This document shows positions 1 to 7,529 of a stretch of 20,054 nt of DNA, piece after piece (position 1 is the first letter of the stretch; each line of letters begins with the position of its first letter). Location: contig JBHLPW010000077.1 of NCBI GenBank assembly GCA_048939015.1, positions 1 to 20,054 on the forward strand, written 5' to 3'. The notes beneath the pieces were generated by a model that saw only the letters and a program-made list of their open reading frames with translations, was not told the DNA's origin and ran no database searches. Source of the stretch: Promethearchaeota archaeon. GTDB lineage: Archaea > Asgardarchaeota > Lokiarchaeia > Sigyniarchaeales > SOKP01. A program made the translations under genes and the position numbers.

Positions 1-1568
1 CATTCAATAATCTCTTTTTCAGTTATTTTTTCTTGATATTCTGGCTTAATGGCTATATAAGCCTTAATAGTTTCACCGATATTTGGGTCAGGGGCAGAAA
101 CAACTCCTACTTCTTGAACTGCAGGATGTTCATATAACTTTTCCTCAATTTCTTTTGGCATAACTTTATATCCCTTATATTTTATCATATCTTTAGTTCG
201 ACCTTCAATATAGAAATAACCTCGCTCATCCATACGTGCTAAATCTCCCGTTTTCAGCCAATCATTAGCAAATGTAGCTGCTGTTGCTTCAGGATTTTTC
301 CAATATCCTTTCATGACTTGAGGTCCTTTAAGTAATAATTCTCCAATTTCACCAATAGGGAGTTCCTCTAATGTTTCAGGATCTACTATTTTTGCATCGG
401 TGTCAATAATAGGTACACCTATACTCTCAGGTATTGTTTCAGGTAACCATTTTGGTTGATGATGAGTGACTGGTGAAGTTTCTGTTAACCCAAATCCCTG
501 ACCTACTTTAAATCCTGCTACTCGTTCCCATTTTCTATTTATTTTTGTTGCTAATGTTGCTGAACCAGATGTAGCACCCTCAAGACTTGAAAGATCTCTT
601 TCTGTAAAATCAGGAGAGTTAACTAACATTTGAAACATAACTGGTACCCCTGTAAAAGTATTGCATTTATAGTATTCTATAGCTTCGAGAACTTCTGAAG
701 CATTGAAAGATTGAAACATAACTAACATTGAGGCGAGATATGAAGTTATAATTAAAACTTGGAACCCAAAACTATGACAAATAGGGAGTACTGTTAAGCT
801 AACGCTAGTACCATATAAGTCTGGATTGTCCTCTCTAGATTCTCTCATATTTTGCATTGTACAAATTGCATCTGATACTAAATTATGATGTGTCAGCATC
901 ACTCCTTTAGGTAAACCAGTAGTACCTCCGGTATACAATAATGCTGCTATATCATTTATAGGATCTATCTCCACATCAGGTTGTTTTGAAGCACACCCAT
1001 TAATAAATTCTTCTAAAGTAATCGTATCTGGTTTAGCTGTTTCAGTTTGGAGTAAAATTAAATTTTTAATGGCAACTTCATTTCTTACCTTTTTCATAGT
1101 TCTAAAATTATTCTTGTGAACAAAAACCGTATCTATGTTTCCAGCATCTTTAATAATGTGAGTTACATCAGTTTCCTTAAGAAGAGAATTTATTGGAACT
1201 ACAGCAGCACCGGTCTCCAAGATCCCCAAACAACAAAATAAAAATTCAGGACAATTACCTGTCATTATGCCGACAGCATCCCCCTTTTTTATACCTTCTT
1301 CATACAAAGCATTAGCTATTTTGTCTGATATATTAACCATTTCACGGTATGTATATTTTTTGTCTGCTGGCTTATAATATACGCAAACATTATTAGGATA
1401 TTTATTAGCTGATTTTTTAATGAATTCATGAACAGGAATGGGTTCAAATTTTACTGTTTTAGGAATATAATCTGGTCTAAGTTTTATCCATGGGCGATTT
1501 GGATTCTCAATATACGGAGATTCATTTTCATAATCTGGGAATGATTCCCACTCTGAATAATCTTTCAT
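1..1568 (-). CDS. Long-chain fatty acid-CoA ligase / AMP-binding enzyme (3' end runs off the window)
   Basis: Not in the ORF track because it is truncated. Manual translation from ATG at 1568 gives MKDYSEWESFPDYENESPYIENPNRPWIKLRPDYIPKTVKFEPIPVHEF. ANL-family motifs present: ALLYTGGTTGLPKGVMLTHHNL (~890-950), QGFGLTETSP, WLKTGDLARMDERGYFYIEGRTKDMIKYKGYKV. Confidence 0.93.
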   Translation of the reverse strand, partial: MKDYSEWESFPDYENESPYIENPNRPWIKLRPDYIPKTVKFEPIPVHEFIKKSANKYPNNVCVYYKPADKKYTYREMVNISDKIANALYEEGIKKGDAVGIMTGNCPEFLFCCLGILETGAAVVPINSLLKETDVTHIIKDAGNIDTVFVHKNNFRTMKKVRNEVAIKNLILLQTETAKPDTITLEEFINGCASKQPDVEIDPINDIAALLYTGGTTGLPKGVMLTHHNLVSDAICTMQNMRESREDNPDLYGTSVSLTVLPICHSFGFQVLIITSYLASMLVMFQSFNASEVLEAIEYYKCNTFTGVPVMFQMLVNSPDFTERDLSSLEGATSGSATLATKINRKWERVAGFKVGQGFGLTETSPVTHHQPKWLPETIPESIGVPIIDTDAKIVDPETLEELPIGEIGELLLKGPQVMKGYWKNPEATAATFANDWLKTGDLARMDERGYFYIEGRTKDMIKYKGYKVMPKEIEEKLYEHPAVQEVGVVSAPDPNIGETIKAYIAIKPEYQEKITEKEIIE

Positions 1569-1653
1569 TTTATTAACTTTTTGAATTGTGATTAGTTATC
1601 TTTAATCTTTAATCAAATAATTACTATTATTTGAATTTCAATCTCAAACTTTA

Positions 1654-1707
1654 AAAGACTTTTCTTATAATAGAATTAGAATTATAAATCTATATATAAA
1701 AGTCTTT
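1654..1707. promoter_or_regulatory. Inverted repeat in the divergent promoter region (candidate operator)
   Basis: AAAGACTTTT (1654-1663) and AAAAGTCTTT (1698-1707) are perfect reverse complements, 34 nt apart. The right arm overlaps the TATA-like TATATATAAA (1691-1700). Confidence 0.4.
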
Positions 1708-1731
1708 ACTATCTAAATTTGGTGAAATTTA

Positions 1732-2628
1732 ATGAAGGACTTTGTAAATAAGAATTGTTTTATTACTGGAGCTGCAAGTGGAATTGGTCATTCATTTGCT
1801 ATTGCTTTAGCAAGAGAAGGTATGAATCTGTATATCACAGATATAAACATGGAAGAATTAGATGATGTTAAAAAAGAAATTGAAAAAATAGGTGTAAAGG
1901 TTTATGCTGAGAAATGTGATGTTTCAAACTTTAGAGATTTCGAAAACGCTGCTAATAATTTTCACAAGAAATTAGGAGAACTCGATCTCTTAATAAATAA
2001 TGCGGGTATCTCCATAGGAGGGAATGTAACGGTCTTGGAGTTAGAAGATTGGAAAAAAGTTCTTGATGTGAATTTATGGAGTATTATCCATTCTTTAAAA
2101 GTATTTTTACCACGCATGATTGAAAGACGTTCCGGTCATATTGTAAATATTTCTTCAGGAGCAGGGATTATTGGATCATCAGAACCGTTACCATACATTG
2201 CTTCTAAATTCGCTGTGGTAGGGATTTCAGAAGGACTTTTTGGCCGTTTAAAAAACTTAGGAATAAATGTTTCTGTGATTGTTCCTTCTTATATACGAAC
2301 TAATATTTTTAATAATGCACAGATGAAATTTCCTCAAAAACTTATAGAAGATGAAGGAGAGGATAAGTTAACAGAAATTATAAAAGAAAGATTGGATGAT
2401 ATGGCGAGTAAGGCAATGCTTCCTGATAGAGCTGTCAAAAGATATATTGTTGGAATAAAGAAAGACCAATTATATATATTTGATATAAAAGGTACATTAT
2501 CTGCTTTAGCATTAAAAGGAAAACCACAAGAATATGAGAATTTTTTAGTAAATTTTAATGAAAACTTTTATAATTCCACGAGAGAGCTATATCTGAAACA
2601 TGGGATAAAAATTGATGATTATATCTAA
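1732..2628 (+). CDS. Short-chain dehydrogenase/reductase (SDR), NAD(P)-dependent
   Basis: TGAASGIG Rossmann motif, NNAG, catalytic YIASK (YxxxK). SD GGTGA at 1721-1725. Confidence 0.95.
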   Translation: MKDFVNKNCFITGAASGIGHSFAIALAREGMNLYITDINMEELDDVKKEIEKIGVKVYAEKCDVSNFRDFENAANNFHKKLGELDLLINNAGISIGGNVTVLELEDWKKVLDVNLWSIIHSLKVFLPRMIERRSGHIVNISSGAGIIGSSEPLPYIASKFAVVGISEGLFGRLKNLGINVSVIVPSYIRTNIFNNAQMKFPQKLIEDEGEDKLTEIIKERLDDMASKAMLPDRAVKRYIVGIKKDQLYIFDIKGTLSALALKGKPQEYENFLVNFNENFYNSTRELYLKHGIKIDDYI

Positions 2629-2634
2629 TACTTA

Positions 2635-2645
2635 TTTTTTTTTTT
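2635..2645 (+). terminator. Oligo-T (T11) archaeal-type terminator after the SDR
   Basis: Run of 11 T starting 7 nt after the SDR stop codon. Confidence 0.5.
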
Positions 2646-2717
2646 CAATATTTCTACATAGAGAATGGTAGATACATTTGAAGAAGAAAGATTCTTCTGA
2701 TTTAGATATGGGCTAAA

Positions 2718-3056
2718 CTACATCCATGACACAATTTTTTGAGTGTTAACCAAAATATCTACTAGATTTTCATATTCTATTCCTTTTACTTGATCAATAA
2801 GATTACTAGGATCCATCCCTCGAGCTTTTATGTCTGGAATTATAGCATAAATTTTAAAAGGTAGGAGTAAGATCTTTTTTAAAGATTCTGGAGTAACTCC
2901 TTTATTTGATGTACCAATCACACCGTCATGTATCAGAACAATAGATATGTCAACATTTAATTTTATTTGTTCTTTTAAGATCTCTAACATAGTTTCCAGT
3001 TTTACTTCTAATGTAGGGCTAAAACCATACAAATAAACAATAGAATTTGTCAACAT
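2718..3056 (-). CDS. dsrH: DsrH/TusB-family sulfur-relay protein
   Basis: LIHDGV, DIKARG and C-terminal YENLVDILVNTQKIVSW match the DsrH/TusB pattern. Third gene of an E-F-H triplet. SD GAAGGTGA; start is ATG 3056 or TTG 3053. Confidence 0.8.
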   Translation of the reverse strand: MLTNSIVYLYGFSPTLEVKLETMLEILKEQIKLNVDISIVLIHDGVIGTSNKGVTPESLKKILLLPFKIYAIIPDIKARGMDPSNLIDQVKGIEYENLVDILVNTQKIVSWM

Positions 3057-3072
3057 CAACTCACCTTCCTCA

Positions 3073-3441
3073 TTAATATTTGAAACTCATATCTGCTTCA
3101 AAAATAAGTTGAGATATTTCTTGAGTTCCAATAATTTTCATATTTTCCTCTAAGATAAGATCTGTTGATTCAATACCAGCAGTTTTTAACGCCTTATCAT
3201 GAACATATATCTCTAATTCAGAAAGTTCAATTAATCTTAGTATATTTGTAAAGCTATCTAAGTTTAATGCGCTTGGATTTAAGTATTTACTTAGAAAATA
3301 TACTGCATCTTTAAGTAGAATGACCTTACACAATTCAATATCGCCCACGGCAAGAATTCCAGCAGCCATCCGTATTGATTCCACCACAGAGTTTTTACCA
3401 AAGGGAGAGTCTTCACAAATAATGACCACAGAGTTTACCAT
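3073..3441 (-). CDS. dsrF: DsrF/TusC-like (DsrE/F family) sulfur-relay protein
   Basis: SPFGKNSVVESIRMAAG and LLKDAVY fit the DsrE/F fold. ATG 3441 follows SD GGAGGGTGA, which overlaps the upstream stop codon. Confidence 0.75.
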   Translation of the reverse strand: MVNSVVIICEDSPFGKNSVVESIRMAAGILAVGDIELCKVILLKDAVYFLSKYLNPSALNLDSFTNILRLIELSELEIYVHDKALKTAGIESTDLILEENMKIIGTQEISQLIFEADMSFKY

Positions 3442-3446
3442 TCTTT

Positions 3447-3815
3447 TCACCCTCCAGGACCAAAAAATATCACTTTATCAGATCTAGCGATTAAATCAGA
3501 GAGCCCTCCTAATCCTTCTCTAGCTGCTCCATCAATAAATTCCTCAACCTTTATTCCTGTAAAACTTATCCAGGTGCTACATGCTATAGGTTCTGCGTTA
3601 TTTTTTTTACAAAATTCTTTAAGTCGATTTGATAAATTACGAGTAGTGGCATCCTTCAAAGTTCTTTCTTTAATATTATAGACACCACTACCATATAGGA
3701 AAATTCCTAAAATTTCGTGTCCTTTCTCAATCATGGCTTCTCCTAAATTAATCATAGTATCTATTGCTTCATATTTATAAGGCTCTGCACAAACTATAAA
3801 AGAAAAAGTTACCAT
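3447..3815 (-). CDS. dsrE: DsrE/TusD-family sulfurtransferase
   Basis: EPY motif, GHEILGIFLYGSGVYN, Cys in IACST at the position of the DsrE/TusD persulfide Cys, and C-terminal GLGGLSDLIARSDKVIFF. Confidence 0.82.
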   Translation of the reverse strand: MVTFSFIVCAEPYKYEAIDTMINLGEAMIEKGHEILGIFLYGSGVYNIKERTLKDATTRNLSNRLKEFCKKNNAEPIACSTWISFTGIKVEEFIDGAAREGLGGLSDLIARSDKVIFFGPGG

Positions 3816-3894
3816 AATTGTATCTCAAAAATTTTTTTTCTCTTCTTTCTCAGAGATAATATCAGCTTTTATCTTTATATTTCATAAAATCACA

Positions 3895-4596
3895 CTATCG
3901 ATCCTTTTTTATATTAAATTTTTCCCAATTCTTATACATAGCTAATAAATTATCAATTTCTCCAAAATTTTCTTTTATATCGAAATGTAAAGTTTTTGTT
4001 GCTTTAAAGTATTCACCATTAATTTGATTACTCTCTAACATTTCTCTTAATACTCTTATTACATTTAGATCATAAAAATGAGACTCTTTACAAATATCTT
4101 TTAAATTAATCTGCTTAATTTTAGAACTATAATCCAATATCATTTTCTTCAATAGAGATTCTTTAAAAGGTTTTTTCTGTCTATAATAAATACTAAAGAA
4201 AACTAAATTATATAAACCTAAGAAAATCCAGATTCCAAAATTGATGAAAAAGTTAAAAGATAGTTTGAAAAAGTAATCAGGAGAAAGATTATCTATATAG
4301 ACACTTATAAACATAATTGAATAATTAATACAAAGAGCTACTAATCCTACTATATTTATAATCAAAAATCGTGAAAATCTATAATTAAAAATATAATAAT
4401 ATGAAATGAATAATAATAACATTCCAAAATAACCTCCTGGAATAAATCCTGCAAAATTTAACATACGCCAACCCAAACCTGTATTTCCATATTCAATAGT
4501 GATTGGAAAGAATAAAGTTGTTATATAGATTACTAATGTAAGTAGATATAGTATAGAGCTTAATTGAGTTTTTGAAATTTTTCTGTATTCTGGCAT
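3895..4596 (-). CDS. Membrane protein (about 4 TM helices) with C-terminal PCI-like winged-helix domain
   Basis: Hydrophobic N-terminal ~140 aa. C-terminus LKKMILDYSSKIKQINLKDICKE...VIRVLREMLESNQINGEYFKATKTLHF...EIDNLLAMYKNWE resembles the PCI/winged-helix tail I recall from Lokiarchaeal proteins. Confidence 0.6.
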   Translation of the reverse strand: MPEYRKISKTQLSSILYLLTLVIYITTLFFPITIEYGNTGLGWRMLNFAGFIPGGYFGMLLLFISYYYIFNYRFSRFLIINIVGLVALCINYSIMFISVYIDNLSPDYFFKLSFNFFINFGIWIFLGLYNLVFFSIYYRQKKPFKESLLKKMILDYSSKIKQINLKDICKESHFYDLNVIRVLREMLESNQINGEYFKATKTLHFDIKENFGEIDNLLAMYKNWEKFNIKKDR

Positions 4597-4756
4597 CTCT
4601 ATTCAATAATATTGTAAAATAACAATATATAATTTTTTTTTGATAAATTAAAGGTTAGGGTATTTTGACAGAAAATGACTATAAAATTCAATATTTCCCT
4701 TGATGTTAAAATGAATAAAAAATTTAAAAAAAAATTATAAAAGATTTAGAACTCCA

Positions 4757-5677
4757 TTATAAAGGTTTTATAGCTTTTACTTTAATACTAGTACTATCAA
4801 CATCCAATTGATCCAGTTCTTTAACTTTTTCAATTTGGTCTCCTAAAGCATCTTTGATATTATCATCACTCAGTAAAAATTCTGTTGTAGAGAAATTACT
4901 TTGATCCAATATTTCGACATTTTGAAAACCAGCCTTATTAATGGCTTCAATATACTTATCTTTCATGATTGCTCCACCTATACAACCTATATAAGCTTGT
5001 ACATTTTTTCTAACAGCTTCAGGAAGCTCTTTCAGTAAAACAATATCTGAGACCATTATTCTTCCTCCTGGTCTAAGTACACGAAACGCCTCGCGAAAGA
5101 CATTTTCTTTATTTGGAGCAAGATTAATCACACAATTGGATATAATGAGATCGACTGAGTTATCTGCTACTGGTAAGTGTTCAATCTCACCAAGTCTAAA
5201 CTCAACATTATCGTAATTACCATTCCTTGCATTTTCACGAGCCTTATCAATCATCGAAGGGGTCATATCTACACCAATAACCTTTCCAGTTATGCCAACT
5301 TTTTTCGCTGCAATAAAGCAATCTAATCCCCCTCCTGAACCAAGATCTAAGACCGTTTCACCTTCCTGTATTGAAGCATGAGCTGTGGGGTTCCCACATC
5401 CAAGAGCTAAATTGGATCCATCTGGAATGCTATTCAAGTCATCTTTAGTATAACCCAATTTATTACTATATTTTTCTAGAAAATCATCCATCATATCAGC
5501 AGGAATCCTAATTGCACCACCACAACTTTCAGAGCTGCAGGAACTCTCAATTGTTTGACTAGAATCTGTTGATGGACCACAACAACTTGAAACTCTTCGA
5601 CGAGTTGCTACTTTACCATATTCCTCTCGTACCATTTTTCTGATTTTTTCTTCATCAATAGTTTTTTCTTCAACCAT
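4757..5677 (-). CDS. arsM: Arsenite S-adenosylmethionine methyltransferase
   Basis: LGCGNP, SAM motif [38 protein letters not shown], plus the VREEYGKVA...SSCCG N-terminus typical of ArsM. SD GGAGGT 6 nt before ATG. Confidence 0.93.
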   Translation of the reverse strand: MVEEKTIDEEKIRKMVREEYGKVATRRRVSSCCGPSTDSSQTIESSCSSESCGGAIRIPADMMDDFLEKYSNKLGYTKDDLNSIPDGSNLALGCGNPTAHASIQEGETVLDLGSGGGLDCFIAAKKVGITGKVIGVDMTPSMIDKARENARNGNYDNVEFRLGEIEHLPVADNSVDLIISNCVINLAPNKENVFREAFRVLRPGGRIMVSDIVLLKELPEAVRKNVQAYIGCIGGAIMKDKYIEAINKAGFQNVEILDQSNFSTTEFLLSDDNIKDALGDQIEKVKELDQLDVDSTSIKVKAIKPL

Positions 5678-5719
5678 GTTTATACCTCCATTATTTTTTT
5701 ATCATTTTATACCTTTAAA

Positions 5720-5758
5720 TAGGCAGTAGCCAAGTGTTCCATTAAGGACTACTACCCA
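5720..5758 (-). other. 12-bp RNA stem-loop in the hgcC-arsM spacer
   Basis: Minus-strand UGGGUAGUAGUC / GGCUACUGCCUA pair fully, using three G.U wobbles, around a 15-nt loop. On the plus strand those positions become A-C mismatches. Confidence 0.5.
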
Positions 5759-5840
5759 AATTTTTTTTTGATTTTCAAGTGCTTTTATCGCTCCATCTTT
5801 ACCGCATTCTTGAGTAATTTTATTAATTGTTGTCGTCGTT

Positions 5841-6155
5841 TCATTGTTCTTCCTTCTTATTTGTTTGTGTATCTTCCCGTCTAACTACAATTTGTAAAAC
5901 AGGACTTAATGCATCTTGTACCATTGGCTCTAACATATTTGATTTCATCAAGATCAAGCAACAAGGTCTTCCTCCTGGTGCTACATTTACTATTGCAAAT
6001 TTGTCTCCTTCGTTTATGTTTTCTTTTTCCCGAAGATCTTTTGGTAGCAATATTTGGCCTTTCTTATCAACAGTTACAAGTGCTTCAACCTTGCAACACT
6101 CAGAATCCGAAGTCGATGGGCAACACGCAACTTTTTGATTCTCTTGTCCGGACAT
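5841..6155 (-). CDS. hgcC: Cys-rich AbrB/MazE/SpoVT-fold protein, HgcC (HgcAB-associated protein)-like; probable regulator
   Basis: CCKVEALVTVDKKGQILLPKDLREKENINEGDKFAIV...CCLILMK is a swapped-hairpin AbrB fold flanked by CC pairs, as in HgcC. Start moved to ATG 6155 because a BRE/TATA lies 22 nt upstream, inside the longer ORF-track version. Confidence 0.78.
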   Translation of the reverse strand: MSGQENQKVACCPSTSDSECCKVEALVTVDKKGQILLPKDLREKENINEGDKFAIVNVAPGGRPCCLILMKSNMLEPMVQDALSPVLQIVVRREDTQTNKKEEQ

Positions 6156-6177
6156 GATAATTATAAGAATTTTTTTC

Positions 6178-6193
6178 TTTATAAACTTTTTCC
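6178..6193 (-). promoter_or_regulatory. Archaeal BRE + TATA box for a leaderless hgcC-arsM transcript
   Basis: Minus strand reads GGAAAAAG-TTTATAAA, with the TATA ending 22 nt before ATG 6155. Confidence 0.65.
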
Positions 6194-6377
6194 TCAATTT
6201 CGGATTTTTCTTACTTTTCCTATAATTCATTAATTATCAATATTCAAATTGAATAACTGAAATTAAGAAATAGTTTCAAGGTTAAATAAAGGGTTAATAA
6301 TACTATCAAAAATCCGGTAATGAAAAAAGCTTGGGAAGAAATAGATTATAAGATTTCAGATCCAATTTCATAAGAAG

Positions 6378-7442
6378 CTAAAGCGTATATTTATCTCTAA
6401 ATTTTTCAACAAGTTTTTGGTATTCCGCTTCAAGTACCTCTTTCTCGTGATTTGGAAGAAAGCTACAACTCAGCGCAGTTAGATTAATTTTTATTAGATC
6501 TTCGATATTAAGGTCAAAATATTGAATTATTTTTAGATATTCATCTGTTAAATCTGAATCCTGGATTGTGGGATCATCAGAATTTATTGTAACTGGTACT
6601 CCTTTTTTATAGAGTCTTCCAAAAGGATGATTATTTTCTCCGTTACGCCATGATCCTGTTAAAGAGTTAGATGTAATGCATTGTTCTAATGCAATTTTTT
6701 TCTTTATAAGATATTTTTGTAATTTTTTATCATGAATGACTGAAGTTCCATGGCCAATTCGAAAAGCATGTAAATCTTTTATAACTGTCCATACTTGATC
6801 TGAAGAGGTAACTTCTCCAGCATGGATTGTTATTTTATGTTGGTTTCTTTTATAGATTTCATCAAATGCGGGAATAAACAATTTAGGAGGAAAATTAAAT
6901 TCATCTCCAGCAAGATCTATACCCACAATTTCTTTAAGATCTAATGAGGCAATTTGATCATATATTTTTAGTATTTCGTCTGATGTTTGAGTTCTTCTAC
7001 TGAAAGTTATCAAGTATCGGAGATGTAAGCCAATTTCTTTCGCAGCTCTATTAGCATTTTTTATAATTATTTTTGTAATATCGATAGGATCAAAATTAAA
7101 TTGTCTAGCAAAATAATGTGGTGCAAGTCTAAGCTCAAGATAGAATAACCCATCTTCCTTTAATTGTTTGATTGAGTTATATGTAATTGAAGAAATATCT
7201 TCAGGCGATTTAAATAAGTTAATTTGAAATTTTGATATAAAAGCTAAAAAGTCTGGTTTAGTATTTTGGGGAAATTGATATTTTTCTTTAAAGATTTCAA
7301 AATTTTTGAACTCCTCTAAATTATTTCTTAGTGCTATTTCACTTAAATTGTGTAAATTAAGTGACCCCTCAAGGTGGCGATGTAGTTCTATTTTTGGGAA
7401 TTCCTTTAATATTTTTTTATCTAACTTTATAATATTTCTCAT
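6378..7442 (-). CDS. add: Adenosine/adenine deaminase (amidohydrolase fold)
   Basis: PKIELHRHLEG, YLELR, GIDLAGDE, TIHAGE, RIGHG and VTINSDDP motifs. Start is ATG 7442 or TTG 7451. Confidence 0.9.
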   Translation of the reverse strand: MRNIIKLDKKILKEFPKIELHRHLEGSLNLHNLSEIALRNNLEEFKNFEIFKEKYQFPQNTKPDFLAFISKFQINLFKSPEDISSITYNSIKQLKEDGLFYLELRLAPHYFARQFNFDPIDITKIIIKNANRAAKEIGLHLRYLITFSRRTQTSDEILKIYDQIASLDLKEIVGIDLAGDEFNFPPKLFIPAFDEIYKRNQHKITIHAGEVTSSDQVWTVIKDLHAFRIGHGTSVIHDKKLQKYLIKKKIALEQCITSNSLTGSWRNGENNHPFGRLYKKGVPVTINSDDPTIQDSDLTDEYLKIIQYFDLNIEDLIKINLTALSCSFLPNHEKEVLEAEYQKLVEKFRDKYTL

Positions 7443-7529
7443 ATAGTTCAATGAAAAAATTAACTAATCTTTAAATTCTTTTTAATTTAGAATTATAAAA
7501 AAATCAGGATTTAAATAATCTCTTTTTGT

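Noticed and set aside
3447-3449. Selenocysteine readthrough of the dsrE TGA (Sec-containing DsrE-like proteins exist and Lokiarchaeia use Sec)
   Set aside because: The TGA falls at the normal family C-terminus, the active-site position is already Cys, and the stop is part of the SD for dsrF.
5720-5843. hgcC TGA as Sec, with the downstream hairpin as a SECIS
   Set aside because: Readthrough adds only NDDNN before TAA with no redox motif, and the hairpin lacks the AUGA/GA core and apical AA pattern of a SECIS.
5827-6157. Plus-strand ORFs 5827-6138 and 5909-6157
   Set aside because: Antisense shadows of the hgcC-like gene with no recognisable motifs.
6156-6230. Lys-rich N-terminal extension of the HgcC-like ORF given in the ORF track
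   Set aside because: It is translated promoter DNA: it contains the BRE/TATA correctly spaced for ATG 6155.
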